Source: Candidatus Aminicenantes bacterium
GTDB lineage: Bacteria; Acidobacteriota; Aminicenantia; JAMOAD01
Assembly (NCBI GenBank): GCA_027061995.1
Contig: JAMOUT010000079.1
Coordinates: 14,098 to 78,097, forward strand
DNA: 64,000 nt
Reading direction: 5' to 3'
In this document: in pieces, positions 9,023 through 18,865 of the stretch
Layout of the letters: the number at the start of each line of letters is the position of its first letter
Position numbering within the stretch: position 1 is the first letter of the stretch
Program-made: the position numbers and the translations under genes
The notes under the pieces: model-generated
Told to the model about the DNA's origin: nothing
Seen by the model: the letters and a program-made list of their open reading frames with translations, nothing else
The model's database searches: none

Positions 9023-11451
9023 TTTGGACACCAGTCAAATTCAAAATTTAAAAGGAAGGGGTCAATCTCTTCAAGCTTTAGTTTTCCTATTGATTTAAGA
9101 GAATCATCTCCCGTTTCCTTATATATGTTATATAAATGGATATAAGCGGTTCCTCTGACACTGACCGAAGATTCTTTTAAAGCGAGTTTTAGGTGAGAAA
9201 CACTCTCTTTTGTTTTTAATTCCCTGTATATTCTTAAAAAATTTCTTTTCTCTATACAAGACCTTAGTTCTCCAAATAAAGTTATAACTTTATTATGATA
9301 TGTTTTCGATAAGCTGACCATATATTCGAAAAGCTCATTAAAAAATTTTTTACTTGCAAACATAAAATAGATTAAATCTTGACAATAAACATTCATCTCC
9401 TTAAAAGCCAATAAAATGATTTTGAGAACATAATCGGGAATTTCCTCCTTTTGTTCCTTTAATCGGTTTTTAATAATATTAACCCCGGGGAAATATTTTG
9501 TTTGCTTAATGATTTTTATCCCGTTGCTTACAACCGTCCAGTCTTCGCTTTTTTTAATTATCTCGCTAATCTGTTTTAATATATTTTCATCTTCTGTTTT
9601 TCCATTGCTCAAACTCTCCAAAACAGCCGAGAGGAGGTAAGGATCTTCAATAGCAAGATATTTGTAAAGTTGTTTATTAAAATCTTTGATTTTTAGTTTA
9701 GCAATATTTTCTATTACGAAATAGATAAAACTTTTTGTTTGAGATGTCTCAAGAATATCTTTGAATTTGTCCCATACGACCTCTTTGTTAAAATCAGCGA
9801 GAGTATTAAACAAAAGGGAAAAATTAATATCTCTGTCAGGTTCAAGTAATGAAAGGAGAAAATCAATCGCTTCCTCCGTTCCTATTCTGCCGAGCGCTAT
9901 TATCACTTCATCTTTTACTTCATAATCCTCATCATTAATTAACGAACCTATTGAATTTATAACATCAAAATTAACTTTATCCCTATTATCGGCATAATAA
10001 TATCCCATGCTTCTCAAAGCCATTGCTCTGACCTTGGGAGAAGAATCATTGATAAACAGAGTGATGTTCTCGTCGAGATAATCGGATCTCATCATCCCGA
10101 GAGCTCTTATTGCCATCTCCTTTACATTCTCTTCTCCCGAATTGGCGGCTTCAATAAATTTCGGTTCAAAATTCCGGTATTTTGCAAAAACAATGGCTGC
10201 TTTGCTCATAACCTCCCGATTTTTTTCCTTTTTTAATATATTAAATAAATCCAATAACTCTTTTTCATTTAATTTATCGCCGAACTCTTGAAAAATAGTG
10301 GTTTTAATAAGCTCCTCGTTGGAGCTCATTAGTTTTAAGAGAATCTTCTTATTTACCTTTTCCTTAATAGCAGCAAATTTAAGAAGTGATTTTTTTGTTA
10401 ATACTCCGTATTTTTCATCATCTATCAGTTCCCAAATATCCACATCTCTCTTACTATTGTTAAGTAAGATTTCTTCAACAAGTTCATTAATCTCCTCTTT
10501 CTCTAAAAATGGAAGCAGAATGGATATTTTTATTTTTAATTCAGCCCATTTAAAGGCTTCAAGAACATCAATCATCTGTTCTCCCGAAAGATTATCAAGG
10601 ACTTTAAAAAAATTGTCTATAGCCTTTCTATCCATTTTGTCTTTTATTTTAGCTTTCAGGATTTTCAAAACCCATGCATTTCCCTCCTCTTTAAGCATGA
10701 TTTTCATATTATTTATTATTTCGGTGAGGGAAAGAACAGCCGAAATCACTATATCATCATCTTCGGAAGATAAAAAATCCAAAAGAGGGATAACTCCCCT
10801 TTCATCTCTGATTTTACCGAGGGTTTCAATGACGGGAAGTTGCATAACTTCAGAATCAAGATATTTTATCAAAAACGGGATAGGATAAGATGCTCCAATA
10901 TCACCGAGAGCGATAATATAAGGTATTTTACTCCATTCATCTTCCTCTTTTTCCATTTTTTCGGTAAGAAGGATAACTTCAAGTTCGGCTTTCAGAATAC
11001 CAAGGGCTTCAATAGCGCTTTCTCTAACATTTTGATCGTTATCATCAAGCATAACAGCTATATCGCTTATTGCTTCTCTCGCTTTTATCATTCCGAGAGT
11101 ATTTAAAGATAGTATCCTAACATCAGTATCAGAACTTTTTAAATTTTCCACAAGATAAGGAATTGCAATATCACCTCTTTCTTTTAATATTGACCTCGCC
11201 GCATTTCTTTCCTTGGCATTCTGAGATTTGATTTTATCAACCAGTAAAGGAACATCTTCCTTTTCAATAATTTCTTGCAATACCTCGACAATAGAATTTC
11301 TTATTTGCCATAATGGATGATTAACATTATCTATCAATATTTTTTTTGCTTCACTGTCAGGTATTTGAGAAAGGACTTGAACAGCGGAAAGAGCTTCCTC
11401 AAGATTTTCAGATTTAATCATTTTTTTATAAATATCAAGTTCGCTATCCAT
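9019..11451 (-). CDS. HEAT/PBS-lyase repeat protein
   Basis: Repeated D..VR..A..ALG units (e.g. DTDVRILSLNTLG, DQNVRESAIEALG, SPKVRAMALRSMG, DYEVKDEVIIALG); SD AAGGAG. Confidence 0.88.
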   Translation of the reverse strand: MDSELDIYKKMIKSENLEEALSAVQVLSQIPDSEAKKILIDNVNHPLWQIRNSIVEVLQEIIEKEDVPLLVDKIKSQNAKERNAARSILKERGDIAIPYLVENLKSSDTDVRILSLNTLGMIKAREAISDIAVMLDDNDQNVRESAIEALGILKAELEVILLTEKMEKEEDEWSKIPYIIALGDIGASYPIPFLIKYLDSEVMQLPVIETLGKIRDERGVIPLLDFLSSEDDDIVISAVLSLTEIINNMKIMLKEEGNAWVLKILKAKIKDKMDRKAIDNFFKVLDNLSGEQMIDVLEAFKWAELKIKISILLPFLEKEEINELVEEILLNNSKRDVDIWELIDDEKYGVLTKKSLLKFAAIKEKVNKKILLKLMSSNEELIKTTIFQEFGDKLNEKELLDLFNILKKEKNREVMSKAAIVFAKYRNFEPKFIEAANSGEENVKEMAIRALGMMRSDYLDENITLFINDSSPKVRAMALRSMGYYYADNRDKVNFDVINSIGSLINDEDYEVKDEVIIALGRIGTEEAIDFLLSLLEPDRDINFSLLFNTLADFNKEVVWDKFKDILETSQTKSFIYFVIENIAKLKIKDFNKQLYKYLAIEDPYLLSAVLESLSNGKTEDENILKQISEIIKKSEDWTVVSNGIKIIKQTKYFPGVNIIKNRLKEQKEEIPDYVLKIILLAFKEMNVYCQDLIYFMFASKKFFNELFEYMVSLSKTYHNKVITLFGELRSCIEKRNFLRIYRELKTKESVSHLKLALKESSVSVRGTAYIHLYNIYKETGDDSLKSIGKLKLEEIDPFLLNFEFDWCPK

Positions 11452-11463
11452 TCTGTTCTCCTT

Positions 11464-12687
11464 TTATTTATTTTTCAGACTAATGATTATATCTCTTGTA
11501 TCTCTTGCTATAACAAGTTCCTCGTTTGTAGGGATAACTAAAATTTTAACCTTTGAATCAGGAGAAGATATATCAGCTTCTTTTCCCCTTAACCCTTTGT
11601 TTTTTTTCTTATCCAATTTAATCCCGAAAAATTCCAACCCTTCCAGCGTTTTTTCTCTTATATAGTCGGAGTTTTCCCCTATACCGGCGGTAAACACTAT
11701 AATATTGACTCCACCCATAGCTGCAATATATGAGCCTATATATTTTTTTAATCTGTATGAATATATGTCAAGAGCAAGCTTAGCTCTCTTATCATTTTTT
11801 AGTGCTTTTTCTTCAAGATCTCTCATATCACTTGAAATACCTGAGATTCCCAAAACTCCACTTTTCTTGTTTAATAGACTGTCAACCGAAGCAGGGTTCA
11901 TCCTGAAATCTCTTGCAAGAATCATGGGTATTGCTGGATCAATGTCTCCCGAACGAGTTCCCATTACAAGTCCTTCAAGCGGAGTATATCCCATTGAAGT
12001 ATCTATTGATTTTCCTTTGTCAATAGCGGCAATGGAGGCACCATTTCCAAGATGAACTGTTATTATTTTCAGGGTTTCATACTTTATTTTTAAAAATTCA
12101 GCGGCTCTACGAGAAACATATCTGTGCGAAGTTCCGTGAAAACCATATTTTCTTATCCTGTTTTTTTCGTAAAATTCATAAGGGATGGGGTATATATAAG
12201 CTTTTTCCGGCATTGTTTGATGAAAAGATGTATCAAAAACACCCACCTGAGGAACCTCCGGTAATATTTTTTTTATTGCGGTTATCCCCATTATGTTTGC
12301 AGGATTATGAAGAGGTGCGAGAGGGATACATTCTTTTAAAGTTTCCATAAAATCATCGGTAATAAGAGAAGATTTAATGAAAAATTCTCCGCCGTGAACC
12401 ACTCTGTGTCCTACGGCTTTAATCTCGTTAATGTTCTTTATTACACCGAAATCATCATTTAAAAGAATTTTGATTATTATATCAATGGCAGTATCATGGT
12501 CGAGGATATGATCCTCTATTATTATTTTCCTCTTTTTTGCCTCATGTTTTAGCCTTGAACCTTCAAGCCCTATCCTCTCTACAACCCCTCGGGCAAGAAC
12601 TTTCTCTTTACTTATTTCTATTAATTGATATTTGACGGATGATGACCCACAGTTTAAAACAAGAATATTCGTTTGATTATCTTTCAT
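11464..12687 (-). CDS. ackA: Acetate kinase
   Basis: LNCGSSSVKY, GHRVVHGG, LAPLHNP, FDTSFH, YGFHGTSH, HLGNGAS, FTAGIGEN, PTNEE; ATG at 12687 preferred. Confidence 0.97.
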   Translation of the reverse strand: MKDNQTNILVLNCGSSSVKYQLIEISKEKVLARGVVERIGLEGSRLKHEAKKRKIIIEDHILDHDTAIDIIIKILLNDDFGVIKNINEIKAVGHRVVHGGEFFIKSSLITDDFMETLKECIPLAPLHNPANIMGITAIKKILPEVPQVGVFDTSFHQTMPEKAYIYPIPYEFYEKNRIRKYGFHGTSHRYVSRRAAEFLKIKYETLKIITVHLGNGASIAAIDKGKSIDTSMGYTPLEGLVMGTRSGDIDPAIPMILARDFRMNPASVDSLLNKKSGVLGISGISSDMRDLEEKALKNDKRAKLALDIYSYRLKKYIGSYIAAMGGVNIIVFTAGIGENSDYIREKTLEGLEFFGIKLDKKKNKGLRGKEADISSPDSKVKILVIPTNEELVIARDTRDIIISLKNK

Positions 12688-12694
12688 AATATTA

Positions 12695-12703
12695 ATTTTA
12701 ACA
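12695..12703 (-). promoter_or_regulatory. Extended -10 promoter (TG-T-TAAAAT) 7 nt before the ackA ATG
   Basis: Minus strand reads tgtTAAAATtaatattATG; no SD. Confidence 0.55.
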
Positions 12704-12778
12704 GAAAAAAAAATATTTTTCCACAATAATAAAAAAGTTAAGATTTTAAGGCAAAAAAGGTTTCGGATTCTTGATTAA

Positions 12779-12807
12779 TTGACAGATAAGAAGGCTTGTG
12801 ATATTTT
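12779..12807 (+). promoter_or_regulatory. Sigma70-type promoter for the HD-GYP regulator (leaderless)
   Basis: TTGACA-17 nt-TATTTT with TG extension, 5 nt before the ATG at 12813. Confidence 0.6.
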
Positions 12808-12812
12808 AAAAG

Positions 12813-13895
12813 ATGTTAGAAAATGTTGTTTTCGATAAAATTATGGTTGTCGATGATGAAGAAAACATAAGGATACTTGTAAAAGAGATTCTTGAAGAAC
12901 AGGGGGGATACAGGGTAGATGCATTTAAAAACGGAAAAGAGGCGCTTAATCAATTCTTAAAAGCAAAAGATGATTATGCTGTTATTATGTCTGATATTAA
13001 AATGCCTGTAATGGATGGGATGGAATTCCTTAAAGAGGTCAAAGCGGTAAATCCTGATATGGTGATTATAATGATATCTGCCCTTAATGATATTAATTCC
13101 GCCATAACCGCTATGAATAATGGAGCTTATACCTATATTACGAAACCTTTTAAGATTTCCGAACTTCTTCTTGTAATTAGAAAAGCCATAGAAAAAAGAA
13201 AATTGTTAATGGAAAACAGGCAGTATCAAAAGAATCTTGAAATAATGGTGGAAGACAAGACCATTGAATTAAAAAAAGCATACGAAGAACTGAATGACAT
13301 ATATGAATCAACATTAACAGCTCTTGTTAATGCGCTTGATGCCAGAGATACCGAGACAGAGGGACATTCCGAAAGAGTTGTTGCATATACCATGGAGTTG
13401 GCGAAACTTATGGATATTAAAGATGAAGAATTCTTGAATATTCTAAAAACAGCCGCTCTTCTTCATGATATCGGAAAAATAGGGATAGAAGATTCGATAT
13501 TGAGAAAACCTGGTAAATTAACAGACGAGGAATGGGTTCAAATGAAAACGCACCCTGTGTTAGGATACAAAATAATCAAGAACATAAAGCAATTGAATGA
13601 AGCTGCTCAAATTGTTCTTCATCATCACGAGAAGTATGATGGAACAGGGTATCCTTTCGGATTAAAAGGGGAAGAGATTCCCATAGGTTCACGGATTTTT
13701 GCTGTTGCCGATACTATTGATGCGATGACCTCTGATAGGCCATATAGAAAAGCTTTGCCTTTTGAAAAAGTTGCCGATGAATTAAAAAATTTCAAAGGGG
13801 AGCAATTTGATCCTGATGTTGTTGATGCTTTTTTTGAAAAACCCCTTGATGAATGGAAAGAGTTTAAAGAAACACTAAAAAATCTGGGTAATTAA
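12813..13895 (+). CDS. Response regulator with HD-GYP phosphodiesterase domain (RpfG-like)
   Basis: REC domain (VDDE, SDIKMP, KPF), followed by HSERV, HDIGK, HHEKYDGTGYP, DAMTSDRPYR. Confidence 0.93.
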   Translation: MLENVVFDKIMVVDDEENIRILVKEILEEQGGYRVDAFKNGKEALNQFLKAKDDYAVIMSDIKMPVMDGMEFLKEVKAVNPDMVIIMISALNDINSAITAMNNGAYTYITKPFKISELLLVIRKAIEKRKLLMENRQYQKNLEIMVEDKTIELKKAYEELNDIYESTLTALVNALDARDTETEGHSERVVAYTMELAKLMDIKDEEFLNILKTAALLHDIGKIGIEDSILRKPGKLTDEEWVQMKTHPVLGYKIIKNIKQLNEAAQIVLHHHEKYDGTGYPFGLKGEEIPIGSRIFAVADTIDAMTSDRPYRKALPFEKVADELKNFKGEQFDPDVVDAFFEKPLDEWKEFKETLKNLGN

Positions 13896-16111
13896 ACAGA
13901 GAATCTCTTTTTCAACAGTTCTTCGAGATATTCTTCCCCTACAAGAACATCTCGCGGCTTACTTCCCTGCTGTTTGCCGACTATCCCTTTGTCTTCCATG
14001 ATTTCGATATATCGAGCCGCTTTATTATAGCCGATTTTCATCCTTCTTTGAAGAAATGAAGCGGAGGCTTTTCCCGTATGAATTATTATTTTCAAAGCTT
14101 CTATAAATTCGGGATTATTTATATCGCCCATTGTTTCCTCTTGAATTTCAGCCATATGTTCTTTTATGTTAAGGATGGAAGAGTCAAATTTTGGTTTTGT
14201 CTGGTTTCTCAGAAATTTTATAACCCTTGCAACCTCTTCCTCTGAAACATATGAACCATGAACTCTCTGTAAAATAGAGGAAGCGGGGGGCATAAACAGC
14301 ATATCTCCCTTTCCGAGAAGTTTTTCTGCCCCTGTTGTATCAATTATTGTTTGTGAATCATGACGGGAAGGAACTGTCAACGCTAATCGTGACGGGAGAT
14401 TATTCTTTATGGTTCCTGTTATTACATCAATAGAGGGTCTTTGAGTGGCGAGAATCATATGTATTCCCGCAGCTCTTGCCATCTGAGCCAAGCGGGCTAT
14501 TGAATTTTCAACATCTTTTGAAGCTACCATCATTAAATCCGCTAATTCATCTATTATAATAACTATATACGGCATAAGCTCTATCTCTTCCTTTTCCCAT
14601 TCTTCGGCAATTCGTATTTTACCTTTTTTTATGGCTCTTATCTTTTGATTATACATATATATATTTCTACTTTGAAATTTAGCTAATTTTTTTAATCGAG
14701 CTTCCATCTCATAGATAGCCCATTTTAGAGCCATGGAAGCTTCTTTAGGGTCCAAAACAACTTTTGTTTTAAGATGAGGCAATTGCTCATATACGCTGAA
14801 TTCAAGTCTTTTCGGGTCAACTAAAATAAAATTCACCTCTTCCGGGGTTGCTTTGAATAATATGCTTAATATTATGGAGTGAATAGCCACACTTTTCCCC
14901 ATCCCCGTTGCTCCGGCTATTAACAGATGAGGCATTGAATCAAGAGAGGTAACAACGGGAAATCCTCTGACATTTTTTCCGAGAGAGATAGTTAAAAGAC
15001 TGTTTGAATTTTTGTATATCGAACTTTCAAGAATCTCTTTTAAATAAATGGTTTGTCTATTATAATTCGGAATTTCAATCCCAAGCGTGGCTTTTCCTTT
15101 TATTCTGCTTATTCTGACATTTTCAGCTTTCAGAGCGAGAGAGAGATCCTCCGAAAGAGAGATAATTTGGGAAATTTTCACCCCTTTTTCAGGTTTATAC
15201 TCAAAAGTGGAGATTACAGGTCCGGGATGATATTCCACAACTTTTCCCGCTATGTTAAATTCTCCTAACTTCTCTTCTATTATCCTTTTCTTTACATATA
15301 ATTCCTTGTCATCAACAGACAATTTTTTACCCGGAGGTGAGTCCAAGAGTGAAAGGGGGGGAAGGGTAAAACCCTCTTTTTTTCTAATGACTTTCTTTGT
15401 TTCTTCGGGTAATAATTTTATCTTCGGTCTTTTCTTTTCTTCTGCTTTTTCTTTTTTTCTCCTTGCTTTCATAAAATTATTAAACCCCTCTTCCGTTTTC
15501 TTAATTTTGCTTTTTCCCTTAAGCAGAGACTCCCTCTTTCTTCTCTCTTTGAAAATATCGTATTTAGCCTTTAATTTTGTAATGAAAAGAATTATATTGA
15601 CAATAAAATGTTTTATGGAGAAGTTAAAAGATAAAATCAGGGAGATGAGAAAAAGAAAGAAAAGAGTTAGTGCGGCTCCCATTACATTTAGGTTATTAAC
15701 AAACAGTATGGATATATATTTTCCCAGCAGCCCCCCGTTTACTGTGGCTATCCCTTTAATTGTAAGTGTTTCCTTTGTAAAAAACAATAACCCTGAGGCT
15801 GAGATTATAAAAAGGATATAACCGAATAATATTTTTATTGATAATTTTGTTTTCCCTTCGGTAAACAGATTATAGCTTAGTATTATAAAGATAAATATGA
15901 AAAAGTAGGACACTATTCCGAAAAGATAAAAAAAGAGATCAGCGCAAAAAGCTCCGAACTTTCCCATTATATTTTTTACCGTAATATTGGAAGAGGTGAA
16001 AATTCCCGAATCATTGGGGTAATACGATAAAAAACTTAGAATTAAAAACAGAGAGATAAAAAAAAGAAAAACACCAAAACTCTCCTTTAAAGTATCTCTT
16101 TTTTCCTCCAT
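13892..16111 (-). CDS. ftsK: DNA translocase FtsK/SpoIIIE
   Basis: N-terminal TM domain; PHLLIAGATGMGKS, DPKRLE, IIDELADLM, ATQRPS, GAEKLLGKGDML; gamma domain LQRRMKIGYNKAAR. Confidence 0.97.
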   Translation of the reverse strand: MEEKRDTLKESFGVFLFFISLFLILSFLSYYPNDSGIFTSSNITVKNIMGKFGAFCADLFFYLFGIVSYFFIFIFIILSYNLFTEGKTKLSIKILFGYILFIISASGLLFFTKETLTIKGIATVNGGLLGKYISILFVNNLNVMGAALTLFFLFLISLILSFNFSIKHFIVNIILFITKLKAKYDIFKERRKRESLLKGKSKIKKTEEGFNNFMKARRKKEKAEEKKRPKIKLLPEETKKVIRKKEGFTLPPLSLLDSPPGKKLSVDDKELYVKKRIIEEKLGEFNIAGKVVEYHPGPVISTFEYKPEKGVKISQIISLSEDLSLALKAENVRISRIKGKATLGIEIPNYNRQTIYLKEILESSIYKNSNSLLTISLGKNVRGFPVVTSLDSMPHLLIAGATGMGKSVAIHSIILSILFKATPEEVNFILVDPKRLEFSVYEQLPHLKTKVVLDPKEASMALKWAIYEMEARLKKLAKFQSRNIYMYNQKIRAIKKGKIRIAEEWEKEEIELMPYIVIIIDELADLMMVASKDVENSIARLAQMARAAGIHMILATQRPSIDVITGTIKNNLPSRLALTVPSRHDSQTIIDTTGAEKLLGKGDMLFMPPASSILQRVHGSYVSEEEVARVIKFLRNQTKPKFDSSILNIKEHMAEIQEETMGDINNPEFIEALKIIIHTGKASASFLQRRMKIGYNKAARYIEIMEDKGIVGKQQGSKPRDVLVGEEYLEELLKKRFSV

Positions 16112-16213
16112 CTTATTAATTATAACAGAAATATCCCCTTTTATGAAGAAACAAGTTGTTTGAAATTCATTTCTATTATGGTATAATACTGAATTACTTA
16201 TGGAGGAATGGTA

Positions 16214-16492
16214 ATGCCTAATTATAAAAATGCGGAAAAAGCTTTAAAAGTTGCGGAAAAAAGAAGAATAGTTAACAAAAGAAATCTTTCTACTATGAGA
16301 ACTTATATAAAGAAATTGAGAAAAGCTATTGAAAACGGGGAAGAGAAAGAAACTGTCAAAACAATGCTTATGAAAACAGTATCAATTATAGATAAAACAG
16401 TCAAAAAGGGAGCTATTAAAGATAATACCGCAAGCAGGTATAAATCAAGACTTTCAAAACAAGTAAATAATTATATTCATCGGGAAAATTAA
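16214..16492 (+). CDS. rpsT: 30S ribosomal protein S20
   Basis: MPNYKNAEK...N....S.MRTYIKK...KG.I..NTASR.KSRL; SD GGAGGA at 16202-16207 favours the ATG at 16214; TGGTATAAT promoter element upstream. Confidence 0.95.
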   Translation: MPNYKNAEKALKVAEKRRIVNKRNLSTMRTYIKKLRKAIENGEEKETVKTMLMKTVSIIDKTVKKGAIKDNTASRYKSRLSKQVNNYIHREN

Positions 16493-16535
16493 TTTTAATT
16501 ATTTTTTAAAATTAAACGGATAAAATATTTTTTAA

Positions 16536-18863
16536 GTGGGGAAAAATTATTTTTACTATTTTTTCTTGATTTTAATATCCTTTGTTATCGGAGGTATTTG
16601 GGTATTTGTTGCGGAACCCGCTACTAATTTTATTATAGAAGGAATGATTGTTACTCTTTTTTTTCTCCTTCTCTCTCTTTTAATCAATAAAGATAAAAGA
16701 TACGGATTCTTTTTCTTTGTTTCTTTATCTCTGTTTTCATTATTTCTTTTTTCATTATACTATCAAAGAAACCTTAATAATTATAAAATAAAAACAGAGC
16801 GATATAATAAAACGCTCGCAAACAAAGGATATTTGTCTTTAGGTGGGATTGTCGAAACAACTCCGGAAATTTATAAAAATAATCACGGGTTTTTTATATT
16901 GAAAATAAAAGATAAAAAATACCCCTCTCTTAAAAATCCAAGGGTGAAAGTTTATTTTAAATATAAAGAAAAATTGTTTTTTTTTCGTGGAGATTTTATA
17001 AATATTTATGCAAGATTTTATTCAATTAAAAGATATGATAATTTTTATAAATCCTTTTCCGATAACTATTTTTTATCGGAGAGAATCTCGGGATTAGCAT
17101 ATATAAAAACAATGGCTCTTGTTAGAAAAACAGGGGTGAAAAATCCCATATATCATCTCCTTTCAAAGTATAAGTATGATTTTTCAAGGTTTCTTAATAA
17201 AGTTAGAAAGGATAAACAAAGTGTGTCCATTATAAAGGCGATGATAATAGGGGAAAGAAAAGGGGTGCCGGATAATACAAAATTTTTGTGGAAAGAAAGC
17301 GGAATATATCACCTGCTTGCGATTTCCGGTGCTCATGTCGGGCTTCTCTCGTTGCTTTTATTCTATCTGTTAAAGCTATTTAAAATCGGAAAAAGGAAAA
17401 TTTACTGTTTTCAAATATTTTTTATTCTCTCATTCCTTCTTTTTATAGGTTATAATCCCCCCGTGTTCAGGGCTTCCATTTTAATTATTTTATATTTTAT
17501 AGGAAAACTTTTGTGGAGGGATGTAGATATTCTCCACCTTGTTTCTTTGTCGGGAATCATCTATCTTATTCTTTTTCCTCTTTCTCTGCTTGGAATCGGA
17601 TTTATATTGACATATTACACTACTATTTTTCTTATCTTAATTTTTAGAAAGTTCTCACATCTCTTTTTTATATCCTTAAGGGTGGAGACCTCCCTGTATC
17701 TTGTTTTTTTCGCTTTTATTATCTCTTTGCCTCTAAATATATATTTTTTTAATTATGCTCCCTTTGGTTCGGTAATCATTAATTTCATAGCCTTTTTTAT
17801 TATCCCTCTTGTATTGTTTTTTTCTTTTTCTTCTCTCCTCCTTTTCAAAATAAGTTCTGTGGCGGCTTATTATCTGATTAAGCCTGCTATTTTTTTGATT
17901 AATTTCATAAATATTGTTACCGATAAAATAGGCTCCCATCTCTATATAAGACCTGTAACGCCCCCTTTTATTTTTGTTCTTATATCTATCGGTTTTTTAT
18001 TATCCTTTGTTTTGACAAACAAAAAGAGACCGGTTTTTTTTATTATTGTTATTCTTTCTTTATTATTCCTAACGATTTTCCCCGAAAAAAGGGGGGGTAA
18101 CCCTTCCGTGTATTTTCTCAATGTGGGGCAGGGAGATTCCGCTTTTGTGGAAACCGCCTCGGTAAAATTTTTAGTGGATTGCGGAGGTAGTTATAAAAAG
18201 GATAATTTTGTCGGGGAATATATTGTATCGGGTTTTCTGTTTAAACACAGGGTAAAGCATTTAAACGGTATTTTCATATCCCATTTTCATCCTGACCATT
18301 ATTACGGATGTTTGAGGGTTATTAAAAATTTTAATATTGATAAAATTTATATATATAATTCAAAAGAGGATATTGATGGTTTTAGGGAATTAAAGGCGGC
18401 CGTTAATAAAAAAAGAACAAAAATCATTTTACTTAAATATGGAGATAAGTTAAAGTTGGGAGAATCTCGAATTACTATTCTTCATCCGAACAAGAAAATC
18501 GTGGAAAAAGCTGATAACAATGATTCTATGGTATTAAAAATAGTTTTAAATAATAGCAAGATTCTTTTTACGGGAGATCTTGAAAAAGAGGGGGAACAAG
18601 AGATGCTTTTCCGTAAGGAGAATATAAAATCCGATATTTTAAAAGTTGCTCATCACGGGAGTAAAACCTCTTCCACGGAGGAATTTATAAAAAAAGTCTC
18701 TCCCGAATTTGCTGTTATTTCCGTTGGGAAACAAAACCGGTATCATCTCCCTTCAAAAGGTGTTTTGAAAAGATTAAAAAATACCGGAGTAAAGATTTTT
18801 CTTACCTCAAAAAAGGGGGTAAAATTTTTTCTTAATAAAAAGAAGATAATGATTGATAGATAG
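16536..18863 (+). CDS. comEC: DNA internalization competence protein ComEC/Rec2
   Basis: HLLAISGAHV competence motif, multiple TMs, C-terminal MBL domain (NVGQGDS, SHFHPDHYYG, TGD, KVAHHGS). Confidence 0.93.
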   Translation: MGKNYFYYFFLILISFVIGGIWVFVAEPATNFIIEGMIVTLFFLLLSLLINKDKRYGFFFFVSLSLFSLFLFSLYYQRNLNNYKIKTERYNKTLANKGYLSLGGIVETTPEIYKNNHGFFILKIKDKKYPSLKNPRVKVYFKYKEKLFFFRGDFINIYARFYSIKRYDNFYKSFSDNYFLSERISGLAYIKTMALVRKTGVKNPIYHLLSKYKYDFSRFLNKVRKDKQSVSIIKAMIIGERKGVPDNTKFLWKESGIYHLLAISGAHVGLLSLLLFYLLKLFKIGKRKIYCFQIFFILSFLLFIGYNPPVFRASILIILYFIGKLLWRDVDILHLVSLSGIIYLILFPLSLLGIGFILTYYTTIFLILIFRKFSHLFFISLRVETSLYLVFFAFIISLPLNIYFFNYAPFGSVIINFIAFFIIPLVLFFSFSSLLLFKISSVAAYYLIKPAIFLINFINIVTDKIGSHLYIRPVTPPFIFVLISIGFLLSFVLTNKKRPVFFIIVILSLLFLTIFPEKRGGNPSVYFLNVGQGDSAFVETASVKFLVDCGGSYKKDNFVGEYIVSGFLFKHRVKHLNGIFISHFHPDHYYGCLRVIKNFNIDKIYIYNSKEDIDGFRELKAAVNKKRTKIILLKYGDKLKLGESRITILHPNKKIVEKADNNDSMVLKIVLNNSKILFTGDLEKEGEQEMLFRKENIKSDILKVAHHGSKTSSTEEFIKKVSPEFAVISVGKQNRYHLPSKGVLKRLKNTGVKIFLTSKKGVKFFLNKKKIMIDR

Positions 18864-18865
18864 GA

